Virus record (IMG/VR): IMGVR_UViG_3300029908_000004
Span: 124,001-188,000 of that record
DNA length: 64,000 nucleotides
Direction: 5' to 3' (one strand)
Below, in pieces: positions 29,301 through 37,839 of this stretch. Made by a program: the position numbers and the translations under genes. The first letter of the stretch is position 1. Every line of letters starts with the position of its first letter. The notes under the pieces are model-generated. The model did no database searches and was not told the origin of the DNA. It was given only the letters and a program-made list of their open reading frames with translations.

Positions 29301-31365
29301 CTTATGGAATAAAACTTTCCCTGGATATGGATCTATGGGTGAGAATGTAAAGTTCCAAGGTTCCCGACAAATGACTAATTATAGTCGTAAATACTACGAG
29401 CTAGAACTAGGTGCTGTATCTGGTGTAAGTCCTGACTTTGAATTATTTGGATATTCTGAACCTTTCCGTCGTTTCGTACAGAACGAAGGAAAGTTACTTC
29501 AGGCTAATAGTATTAAGAATAAAATGCCTTCTTGGCTTCCTGGAGAGGATTATTTTATTAACTTCAGAACAGGTGACCCTTATGTAAAGATTTCAACTGG
29601 ATTCGCTCGTCTGCCGGGTGAGGGTTATGCAGCTCTACACCCAGAACTAGAAGGTGTCAGTCCAGAGGATTACCCAGATATGGAGAAATTACGTATCTTA
29701 GGGGATGTAGCACCATATTCTAGAGAGTTTGCTATCTTCAAAGGAAAGGTTAGGAAGGACATCAGAGGAGATACAGAAAGTTTAGCTGAGTATGAGAGTA
29801 TTATGGCTCGCGCTAATAAGATGCGCAAATCAGTTATTCGGACAGAGGAGCAGAGGTTCTCAAAGGATGTAGAAGAAACCACTGGAACAGTAAAAGCTCT
29901 AGGCTCAGCTGGTGTAGAGTTAAATGAATATCCGGGTCGTATATTTAGAATGAGCGGCGTTTCTACTACTGCTGCAGATATGTCTGCCGTTGTATTATCA
30001 CAATATAATGATATGACGAAGGAGGATGCTGCTAAGGAAATAGATGTAAGAAGAGCTGAGCTAGATAAATTCTTATCAGATACTTTCACTGCTGGCACAA
30101 AAGTAACGGCTACTTTCCAGAAAGGGGCTTTAGATAAAGAAACTAATATACGATCTGTATTAGAAATAGATGGATTAAACATCAATAAAGCTATAGTTGG
30201 TGAGGGTTACGGTACCTACGATAAAGCTTCTGCTGGGGCTGAATGGCAAGCTATGTTCAATCCAGCAGAAAGATTACTAGGAAGGTACGCAGAAGAAGCC
30301 TCATTCGCTGAAGAAGCACCTTGGTGGAACCCCCTTAGATGGTTACCTACACCTTATCATACCAAGCTGTGGCAAGAACGTTCAGCGCTAGCTCAGTACG
30401 TAGATCAAGAAACTGTCGGAACTCGTATGCGTAGGTGGGATAAGCCGATTAAAGACTTCTTGGCTCCGTATTACCATGGGCTATTACATAGGGTAAGCGG
30501 AGAAGTATTTATTCCAGAGGCAACAGTAGAAAAGCGGAATTTAAATACTATGGTAGATATGTTAGATTATCTACGAGATTTGAATTTAGCTTCTACCGAC
30601 TCTGAGAGTCGTGGCAGGTATACTAGTAAGGCTAGTAGGACAGCTATAGGTGCAAATCTTACTGGGTCCACCACTTTCCTAGGCTCCACACTGCCTGATC
30701 GTGATACTAGATACTTCAAAGAATTTGTAAATTCTACTGACGATGAGGAAAGACAGAAGATACTAGATGTGGTGCCAGATGAAATGGCTAGAGCTTTAGA
30801 AGCTCAGTGGGCTGGTAAAGAGGCACAGATAGCAGAGTCTGAAGGCAAGGAGACTAATATACAGTTCTCTGGTGGTCGCCTTGTGAATAAAGAAGGTCTT
30901 GATCGTTTCAAGAAAGCAACAACAAAGCTCGATTATGGTGATTATGAAAGGTCCTTAGAGATATCTGATTTCTTCGCGAAGACTGGATTATCAGTTCCTG
31001 AATCAGATTCAGCGTTATGGGACCCAAACATTGATTATGAAGACGTAAAGCTAAAGATTATAGAGATGGAAGGTCGTGATTACCATGACTTCAATATATT
31101 TGATGATAGAGCTTCATTACTTTGGCGTAAACCTTATGTAGATGGTGCAGTACAAGAGTTAACGTCTGGAAACGATCGTTCGGAAGAACAGATTAGAAGA
31201 CAAGTTGAGCGACTTATGCTAGCAGCTAAGAATCCTAATGCTAACCCTTTCACTAGTGGTCACCCATCTCAAGATAGTAGGGGTAGCGCTACCATTAATG
31301 TAAACGTGGATCAGACTGAAGAGTTGCTAAAAGATATGCGACGTAATCCGGAGAATTATGATTAG
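26389..31365 (+). CDS. Giant tape-measure-position protein with an N-terminal DEDDh 3'-5' exonuclease and a possible degenerate SNase-like domain
   Basis: ExoI ILDIET (D15, E17), ExoII AGWNVKYDI (D166) and ExoIII HRAAAD (H266, D271). Several G/A-rich hydrophobic segments follow. IFRMSGVST...LEIDGLNINKAIVGEGYG resembles a thermonuclease fold. It follows the tail chaperones. Confidence 0.7.
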   Translation: MAKARKPKKNMFILDIETSHTNWEELNRLEGKFSIRGIFEASKEGAYGTSAFSTAFVNNQILQMHIEESKAYRKFSADGSKVYKKGSGYTKLFLDKNHILPYRDIVKNVEFPIFLDKFSNDIAADALKYATLTEEQQLRRLFQAVQGKSIKAGGPIQLAGWNVKYDIASLKASAARYSSLNKYVEFFDKAYATNKIQFVSLEDELFKQVWTHASQNPDLMRHLTDKARARTFDLTLELKSSEDLKNVPGWKASKIARMLGLGEELHRAAADVALERMIYEAVITNGLTLEHIKAMYGAWRTEASSIKEVTEVIGDIRPLNGFALLAGAAAAIAAGLAFSTRSSRQTTIVGLSDNGKAKDSRHKHTSFGSGWHGLGEDNSSLNYKALGAAGFAAAGYSYFRKVIVPGKGPFSVDKLHSFVSTLEDYSPFKIGRTFGISQYISSYTTPSKLHVGYSELVGQGGKYTELGEHFDRLFTGSNVDLRSQKGLNFIRTDYGPYMELEGYGGDVRARFTKRGSLSSSSYRYNKPLENVPVTFLKESTPWETITKNFGRLRHSQEPTGYKGAISVGEEVEGVFQPYLVNIKSRGKLFNFAETANRTALSQAERVQRLLSDIGLGLKEGTWNKAFHVPIIGEGGLVNQLLTKRFAPAALLVGLALPYIDYKTGHSLSGIALDTFQRFRLAHASLTDHFLRGVTDKYEQIVPGPQYGPLALPVSGAFVGGVLQYSNVLRTRYTKGEKAAELLRSGSKFFSAPGQKSILGILNRENKGAVGVAIGLALMLPFIPGMIGSRKTKEELQRTYSGEDPVEIKAGRWWDMGTTALEGGRVKEYRPHWSVLWRAQAEKKALYGSEKEYWRHNPILHPLRWLRDPYFLEEKHYEDRPYPETSPAFTNVPLVGPLLASTIGQIVKPIRKMHPEWDTTDYTLGSTRLEPRGPKALPAAEPTSEFSLGDTAQRSIKAATEFVGLPGFIGRSLWNKTFPGYGSMGENVKFQGSRQMTNYSRKYYELELGAVSGVSPDFELFGYSEPFRRFVQNEGKLLQANSIKNKMPSWLPGEDYFINFRTGDPYVKISTGFARLPGEGYAALHPELEGVSPEDYPDMEKLRILGDVAPYSREFAIFKGKVRKDIRGDTESLAEYESIMARANKMRKSVIRTEEQRFSKDVEETTGTVKALGSAGVELNEYPGRIFRMSGVSTTAADMSAVVLSQYNDMTKEDAAKEIDVRRAELDKFLSDTFTAGTKVTATFQKGALDKETNIRSVLEIDGLNINKAIVGEGYGTYDKASAGAEWQAMFNPAERLLGRYAEEASFAEEAPWWNPLRWLPTPYHTKLWQERSALAQYVDQETVGTRMRRWDKPIKDFLAPYYHGLLHRVSGEVFIPEATVEKRNLNTMVDMLDYLRDLNLASTDSESRGRYTSKASRTAIGANLTGSTTFLGSTLPDRDTRYFKEFVNSTDDEERQKILDVVPDEMARALEAQWAGKEAQIAESEGKETNIQFSGGRLVNKEGLDRFKKATTKLDYGDYERSLEISDFFAKTGLSVPESDSALWDPNIDYEDVKLKIIEMEGRDYHDFNIFDDRASLLWRKPYVDGAVQELTSGNDRSEEQIRRQVERLMLAAKNPNANPFTSGHPSQDSRGSATINVNVDQTEELLKDMRRNPENYD

Positions 31366-31379
31366 TCCCGGGAGGGTAA

Positions 31380-32444
31380 ATGAAACCAGCCAAAGCGGTA
31401 ACGCTGGATCCTGATCTACGATGTGGAGATGCTATCGAATTTGAGAACAATCTTCTAAAGAATGTAATTGGACAAGAAGACGCTATTAAGAAAGTAACTG
31501 AGGTAATTGGTACTTATATGGCCGGCTTACAAGCCCCCAACAAACCAATTGCTAATGTATTATTTCTAGGACCCACCGGCGTTGGAAAGACAAGATTGGT
31601 GGAAGTAGTAACAGAAGTTCTTCTAGATAGTGACTCGTCTTGTATTAAAATTAACTGTGCCGAGTTTCAGCAATCACACGATATCGCTAAACTCACTGGG
31701 TCTCCTCCCGGATATGTGGGACATAAAGAATCAATTCCATTTATAACTCAAGAACGATTAAATAAATGTCATACCAAAGATGTAAAGTTATCAGTTGTTT
31801 TATTCGATGAGCTTGAGAAAGCACACCAGTCTTTTAGAGAGCTTTTACTAGGAGTAATGGATAAAGGCATACTACGTATAAGTAGTGGAATAGACGTAGA
31901 TTTTACCAGTAGTATAATATTTATGACATCTAACGTAGGTGCTAGATCAATGAGAAATTTGATTAAACCTATGGGGTTTGATACTGGTAAGGAAGATACA
32001 AAGTTAGATATAAAGCTTTGTGATGTTGCTGTAAACGCCATGCGTAAGGACTTTTCACCAGAATTCATTAATCGTCTAGATAAAGTTATCGTTTTTAAGA
32101 GCCTAAAAGAAGAACAGATTAGACAGATTCTTCGCATAGAAGTAGATCATATACAGAGACGAATATTAAATTCTAATAATCTTCGGAAGTTTGTCATAAT
32201 CTTGGATAAACAGGCTGAAGACTACTTACTAGGATTAGGTATAAGCACAGAGTACGGCGCTAGAGAATTAAGACGAGTATTAGAAAAGAACATTGTGGTT
32301 CCTATTAGTAGTATGCTTCTTAGCTCACAGATTAATCTTGGTGATGTTGTAAGAGTTTCAGTTAGAAACGGTTCCCTATACTTTGATAAAATTCCTTGTG
32401 AAATAATAGATAAGCTACCAGAATGTCTTGAAATAGAGGCTTAG
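31380..32444 (+). CDS. Stand-alone Clp-family AAA+ ATPase (ClpA/B/C D2-like)
   Basis: VIGQEDAI, Walker A GPTGVGKT, pore loop GSPPGYVG, Walker B VVLFDELEKAH, sensor-1 MTSNVG, PEFINRLD and sensor-2 YGARELRR. Confidence 0.9.
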   Translation: MKPAKAVTLDPDLRCGDAIEFENNLLKNVIGQEDAIKKVTEVIGTYMAGLQAPNKPIANVLFLGPTGVGKTRLVEVVTEVLLDSDSSCIKINCAEFQQSHDIAKLTGSPPGYVGHKESIPFITQERLNKCHTKDVKLSVVLFDELEKAHQSFRELLLGVMDKGILRISSGIDVDFTSSIIFMTSNVGARSMRNLIKPMGFDTGKEDTKLDIKLCDVAVNAMRKDFSPEFINRLDKVIVFKSLKEEQIRQILRIEVDHIQRRILNSNNLRKFVIILDKQAEDYLLGLGISTEYGARELRRVLEKNIVVPISSMLLSSQINLGDVVRVSVRNGSLYFDKIPCEIIDKLPECLEIEA

Positions 32445-32846
32445 ATGGAAGAACAAATAATATCAGTTACCTCCACTGACAATGCTATAACTCATCTAAA
32501 ACGATTTCGCAAGAATTGGGATGGCCATAATTGCCCAGCCATCAAAATTAAGGCGATGAAAACGTTAGAAGTTATATTGAGAGATATAGAGGATAGTAAG
32601 TTAACATTTCCTAAAATACTCCCTCTACACGACGGGGGAGTTGGTTTAATGTGGGCTTCTCACACCAGAGATGTCGGATTAGAAATAGCCCCTAATGGTG
32701 CACTATCATTTGAGTTTAGCCTTAAAAAATATGACGTAACCGGTGAGTTATCTGGTGAAGAAACCTCAGTAGGAACTCTTTCTTGTACAGCAAGCGTGGA
32801 TTATGTCCTAGCTTGGTATTCTAGTGATAAAGCGGGTTCTGTTTAA
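32445..32846 (+). CDS. Hypothetical protein
   Basis: 133 aa abutting the ATPase stop codon; NWDGH...P...DGGVGLMW pattern; no function assigned. Confidence 0.6.
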   Translation: MEEQIISVTSTDNAITHLKRFRKNWDGHNCPAIKIKAMKTLEVILRDIEDSKLTFPKILPLHDGGVGLMWASHTRDVGLEIAPNGALSFEFSLKKYDVTGELSGEETSVGTLSCTASVDYVLAWYSSDKAGSV

Positions 32847-32852
32847 TTTCAT

Positions 32853-32898
32853 GGTGGCTTGAATCCTGTAATTACAGGCCCAGCCAAATTAAGCCACC
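32853..32898. repeat. Nested inverted repeats upstream of the RNAP-like gene
   Basis: Outer arms GGTGGCTTGA (32853-62) and TTAAGCCACC (32889-98) enclose the perfect palindrome CCTGTAATTACAGG (32865-78). Confidence 0.7.
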
Positions 32899-32913
32899 TA
32901 ATTTTGGATCGTA

Positions 32914-35900
32914 ATGACTATAATCAGTTCTACAGTACTGTCTGTTGCAAACTTAATAAAACGTCATCATGGCGTATTAGCAGCTTCTGCTATCGTCCCA
33001 TTCTTCTATGACAGCGAAGATCGTGGCTATTTCAGGACAGCGATGATTACTACCCCAATACTGTTCGCTGGGGCAGAGATGTTACCAAAGCTATTCAGCA
33101 CGGCTAAGACAGAAGCTGAGTCTGTTTTCCATGCTACTATGAGTACTGCTAAGAATCCTATATTTAATACAGCACATAATATTGTTGGTTCTGATTTATC
33201 TAAGCTTGCAGAGGATGGTACTGTTGGTATACGAACTGTTGAAGAAGCTCAAGCTAGATATTCTATGGGATTAGCAAAGGCTCGACCAATAGAAGACATA
33301 AATAACTTATACAGTAGAGCCACAGGTCTTCTTAAGGCAACTGATCAGAACAGAAGAATGATGTCACAAGCAGTTGTGTCTTCAGCACAGGATGCTATGA
33401 CGCCTTATGATTGGATTAGTACACCAAAAGTTCTAGAAGGGTTGCTTGATAAAGATAATAGAACCAACGTATCTATGTCAGACGACAAAATGTTAGAGAT
33501 TGCTGAGTTCTTCAAGGGCAGAGGAGATACCAGATTCCCAAGAAGATTACAAAGTAATATGGATAGAATAGAAGGGTTAGTAGATCAAGGTGCTTTTGTA
33601 CCAGCAGGGGCCACCTTCTTTCCACCAGATGTAGTCACTAACTTACAAGTTGGCTCGTGGTCAGAGGCTATTGAAGAGAAATTGAGTAATGCCGGAGCAG
33701 GTGGAGTTAGCAATATCCTAAAGAATAGGTCTAACCTTGATAAGTTAAACCTTCAGGTAAAATTAGTTTCTCAAGGAGTTATAGACGGCAGCACCGCTGA
33801 TGCTTCCTATATTGATTTTGTCAGAACAATGAAAGATGTAGAACAGAGTATACGTATACCTATTCCAGATGCTAATGGGGCTGTTCGTATTGGTCCATAC
33901 ATAGGAACAGCTCGCTCTGTTATGGATTATGATGGAAAGATATATCGTATTGATGAGTGGGTAGCTAAGATGGTTACCGAAGGTAATGACTATACTGAAA
34001 AACAATTGATGGGGGATATTAATCGTGCTGTATTCTTCACAGCTCACGACCCAGCAGATACAGAGGCGATATACTCTCAAGCTGGATCTAGATTTGGCAA
34101 GAATTTCGCCGGAGAAAATCAGGTTAGATTAAAATCACAAGCTGCTGTATTAACTTCTCTACCTAGATTCAAAATGGGTGATGAGGCTGTAAGCTTTGAA
34201 AAGTTAGACCCACTATTTCAGTCAGATTTCGAGAGGAAATTAATCAATAGTGGAACTGTGTCTATGATGGGGCCGGAGTCTGCTTGGGGTAATAGAGTTT
34301 ATCAATTGCGTAAGATGGAAGATTTTGCTATGGGCGGAGTGGCAGACGTAACAAAGCAGGATTGGAACTATCGTTCTCTATCTAAAGGTGTATCGTACGA
34401 ATTCGTACAGAATAAGAATGGACTAGATCTTAAACCAAAGGTCTCGACTACAGCTTATGAAGAGTTCCTTGGTACCAAGGAAGTACCAGAATTCAATATG
34501 AGACTTGCTGGTATTTCTCCTCAAGAGAAGACACTCCTTGGTGATTTTGGTATGTATAAGACTTGGGAGGAAGCACAAGCTTATAAGCCATTGTTTATAG
34601 AACGAGCTATGGAAATGAATATCTCTCCAGCAAAAGCTGAAAAAGCTTTTAATGACATAGAACATTTCTATAGAAGTAAGACAAAGCTTGATAAATTTGG
34701 TAAGCCCAAACTAGGGTATGGTGCTACTATATTCGAACAAATTGGTAGCCTTGGTGAGACCGATATCATCATATCAGACGCGCTAGCGAAGACTGGTAGA
34801 CTAAAGTATACGACCACTTATGAAGTAGATCAGATGCATTTCAATCCTGAGGATTGGGTTGGTAAAGATGTCGAAGATGATTTCAAATTTGGTACTAGAC
34901 AAAATAAAGTTGTGAGCCCTGATTCTGGTGGAAAGATACTTTCTACCAAGGCTGCAGATGAGTCTACTTATCATATAATAATGGAACATTATCAAGGTAT
35001 GGACGCAGCGAAACATGATACTTTCGGTGTAAAGGGAGAATTCCATACAGGTACCTATCAAGGTAATTTCCAGACTATGCTTTCAGCAATAAATGATTTC
35101 AGAAAAACAACAAGAACGGGAGATGTAATAGATAAATATACCGTTAACGGTATTGCTGATTGGACTTATGCTCAAAATAAGATGGACCCAATGTTGCTTC
35201 GTATGTCTATAGCAGAGGATACCCTACATAATATAAGTTCACGAAATAAAGCTGTTGGAGAAGAATTAATAAGTTCTGCTACAGAACAACTAGCTAAAGT
35301 TGGTGTAGACTATACTGATGGACAAATGATCTTCCAGCACGAGTTTATTCGTAAGCAATTTGCCTCTAGAGAAGCTAAGATCGCTAATATGGAGGAACTT
35401 AACAGCGTTATAGATAAGATTATGGCTGATGCTACAGCTTCTATAAGAAGCAAGAAGGGTCTTGGGTATAAAGTCTATCAAGGGTGGTATAATAAAACAG
35501 GTAGTGGTATAACAGATGACGTACAAGCAGGTAAGAGTCTTGAAGCTTATATGCTACGTAATGGTGTAAATGTAAACGTTAGAACTTGGGCTCATGCTAA
35601 TATTAATCTTCCAGAACATGCCACAGTAACTCATGATTACGATACTTTCTCAAACCTAGGGGATAAGAGAGTTATGGCTGCTGAGCTTCGGAATCGCCTA
35701 CAAACTGTTGGCGAAGGCGACCCAGAAATGAGTATGCTATACGGTCAATATCTTCAAGATAATGATTACACCAAACCTATGCGTGAAAGTGAAGATGTAG
35801 TAGTAGATTTAGATAAAGCTTTCTTAGGTAGCGCAAAGCTATCAAGACCTGAGGGGCGTCATGGAACTATATTTGATCCATCCGATTCAAGATATAAGGA

Positions 35901-37839
35901 AAACTTTAGAGTAAAATACCTAGACAAAGAGGGTAAACCACAGTTCATACCTGTCCCGGGGACTGATGCTTATATGTCTATAAGCCCAGAATATAATAAA
36001 GAGAAAGGCGTAGGTTACCAAACTCATGACTGGCAAAATCAATTACATAATATTTATAACGAGGAAAAAGCTGGTAATATCGAAGCTAGAGACGCGTTAA
36101 TAGAGGGTATTAAACGAAAAGGCGGTTCAACCCAAGGAATAATAGATGCTATTCACGATGACCTATTAACAGGGAAGAATAGTGCTTGGAGACCACGTAG
36201 CTATGATCCATTAGGTAGATCTGGATACATCACGACCCGTGGAGGAACCGCTGAACCTTTCATAGTAGGTATCTCCTCAGAAGAATTAAAAGCGCTACCC
36301 GCCAGTATACAACAAGGTATAGAAAAGCAAGGATTTGGCACTGCTTTACTCGGACGCCAGCCTTATGGAGATGCGGTTGCAGTTAAAGTAATAGAAGATA
36401 AACATTTAAAAGGAACCAAGTTCTTTAGTATCAATGAAATAGTTCGTATGTTAATAGGTGCTGATGATGACCTTGATCCAGCCAACCTACATTATTATGC
36501 TGCTGGTTCAACAGGTGAAGCAGAAGCTCTAAGGGTAATGGCACCCGGTGGTAGACAAGCTAGAAGAGTAGAAAACTTCCGTGCGTTAATGGGCTCAGCT
36601 GACGAAAGTGCCTCAGTAAGAAATCCGGTACAAAAAGACTTAGCTGAGAGACTAGCTAAGAAACTTGCGCTAATGTCTAATCTAGAAGCCGCTGTAGCTA
36701 ATAGGTCTGCAGCAGAGGCTACTGGTACGTTATCCCTTGCTTCTGGTAGAATGTTAGCTCACATAGAGAGATCTCCAGCATTTAAGAATAATGAGGTAGT
36801 GCGTGATTATTTAACAGATATAGCAAAAAGATTACGTCAAGCGCCTATTGATGCTCGTAAGACTCAGACTTTGTTCAATAAACAAATGGCTATGAATATA
36901 GCAAATGAAGTTAAGGAATCATTTAAACTTGGCACGAGTGGCGCTGAAGGTAGTATAAAACAAGGTGCTGAAATGTTAAGGCGGGCTGTATTAAAGGAAG
37001 GTATTCTAGTTCCAGTTGATTGGAATCCTGTAATGGGAAAGAGATTTAATATTCCACAACCCCTTCCTGAAGAAATAGCAAAAGGTGGTGGTAAAGTTAA
37101 TGCAGCTGCTAGATGGTTAGAAACGCCCGAAGGAATAACAGCCAGTGAAGACTTAATGAAAGGTGCCACTAGAGAAACTGAGAATTGGGTAGATATAACA
37201 AGTGGTGTTCTTACTGGTGGAAAGAAAGTTACTAGAGAGATATACAATAAGTTAGAAGCTAGTGTTCCACCAACATTCCGTAAAGCATTTATGGCTATGA
37301 GTAGCGCAGCCGATTTAGGAACTATCAATACAAAAGCTGCGGCTGGTGCTTCTATGAGATCTATCGCTTCAACTGTTACCGAACTCTTCCGTGGAGATTC
37401 AGGTAAAGTTCTTGGTGTAGGTTTAGCTATTGCTGCTGGGGCTGGTTTACTATTTAATAGACCTAGGAATCCAAAGCAATTAGCAACAGCTAAGATGTCT
37501 AGACCAAGTGGGCATAGACCGGAAGAACGTATAGGAACTGACGGAGCAATACCCGGAGAGCCAATTACGGGGTCTATGGCACCAACTAATCCTCCTAAAT
37601 CAGTTAGATATGTAGAAAAAGGAGTGAGAACTACAATGGTGGCTCCAATGAATAGAACCTCAAACGTAGAAGCTACGATTGTAACTGACAGTGCTAGACA
37701 AGGTGCTGACTATTCTAGAGCTGCTGCTATGATGTCTAGTAATGGTGATGTAAACGCCACGATTAATTATAAAGTAAATAATAAGTTAGGAAGTCTCAGA
37801 AATAGAGAACGCATCAGAGAGATAAGAGACGAACAATAA
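32914..37839 (+). CDS. Putative single-chain two-barrel (DPBB) DNA-dependent RNA polymerase in the tail module, likely virion-associated
   Basis: beta-like motifs: GETDIIISDAL (E615) and KHDTFGVKG (K700, K707). beta'-like motifs: LLTGKNSAWR..LGRSGYIT..IVGIS, LLGRQP, IGADDDLD (D1184, D1186, D1188), EAEALRVM and QAPIDARK. Hydrophobic segments occur at both termini. Confidence 0.78.
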   Translation: MTIISSTVLSVANLIKRHHGVLAASAIVPFFYDSEDRGYFRTAMITTPILFAGAEMLPKLFSTAKTEAESVFHATMSTAKNPIFNTAHNIVGSDLSKLAEDGTVGIRTVEEAQARYSMGLAKARPIEDINNLYSRATGLLKATDQNRRMMSQAVVSSAQDAMTPYDWISTPKVLEGLLDKDNRTNVSMSDDKMLEIAEFFKGRGDTRFPRRLQSNMDRIEGLVDQGAFVPAGATFFPPDVVTNLQVGSWSEAIEEKLSNAGAGGVSNILKNRSNLDKLNLQVKLVSQGVIDGSTADASYIDFVRTMKDVEQSIRIPIPDANGAVRIGPYIGTARSVMDYDGKIYRIDEWVAKMVTEGNDYTEKQLMGDINRAVFFTAHDPADTEAIYSQAGSRFGKNFAGENQVRLKSQAAVLTSLPRFKMGDEAVSFEKLDPLFQSDFERKLINSGTVSMMGPESAWGNRVYQLRKMEDFAMGGVADVTKQDWNYRSLSKGVSYEFVQNKNGLDLKPKVSTTAYEEFLGTKEVPEFNMRLAGISPQEKTLLGDFGMYKTWEEAQAYKPLFIERAMEMNISPAKAEKAFNDIEHFYRSKTKLDKFGKPKLGYGATIFEQIGSLGETDIIISDALAKTGRLKYTTTYEVDQMHFNPEDWVGKDVEDDFKFGTRQNKVVSPDSGGKILSTKAADESTYHIIMEHYQGMDAAKHDTFGVKGEFHTGTYQGNFQTMLSAINDFRKTTRTGDVIDKYTVNGIADWTYAQNKMDPMLLRMSIAEDTLHNISSRNKAVGEELISSATEQLAKVGVDYTDGQMIFQHEFIRKQFASREAKIANMEELNSVIDKIMADATASIRSKKGLGYKVYQGWYNKTGSGITDDVQAGKSLEAYMLRNGVNVNVRTWAHANINLPEHATVTHDYDTFSNLGDKRVMAAELRNRLQTVGEGDPEMSMLYGQYLQDNDYTKPMRESEDVVVDLDKAFLGSAKLSRPEGRHGTIFDPSDSRYKENFRVKYLDKEGKPQFIPVPGTDAYMSISPEYNKEKGVGYQTHDWQNQLHNIYNEEKAGNIEARDALIEGIKRKGGSTQGIIDAIHDDLLTGKNSAWRPRSYDPLGRSGYITTRGGTAEPFIVGISSEELKALPASIQQGIEKQGFGTALLGRQPYGDAVAVKVIEDKHLKGTKFFSINEIVRMLIGADDDLDPANLHYYAAGSTGEAEALRVMAPGGRQARRVENFRALMGSADESASVRNPVQKDLAERLAKKLALMSNLEAAVANRSAAEATGTLSLASGRMLAHIERSPAFKNNEVVRDYLTDIAKRLRQAPIDARKTQTLFNKQMAMNIANEVKESFKLGTSGAEGSIKQGAEMLRRAVLKEGILVPVDWNPVMGKRFNIPQPLPEEIAKGGGKVNAAARWLETPEGITASEDLMKGATRETENWVDITSGVLTGGKKVTREIYNKLEASVPPTFRKAFMAMSSAADLGTINTKAAAGASMRSIASTVTELFRGDSGKVLGVGLAIAAGAGLLFNRPRNPKQLATAKMSRPSGHRPEERIGTDGAIPGEPITGSMAPTNPPKSVRYVEKGVRTTMVAPMNRTSNVEATIVTDSARQGADYSRAAAMMSSNGDVNATINYKVNNKLGSLRNRERIREIRDEQ

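Noticed and set aside
31380-32444. Calling the ATPase clpB or a terminase
   Set aside because: It lacks the ClpB N, D1 and M domains, carries an MGF loop, and has no terminase nuclease domain, so no gene symbol was assigned.
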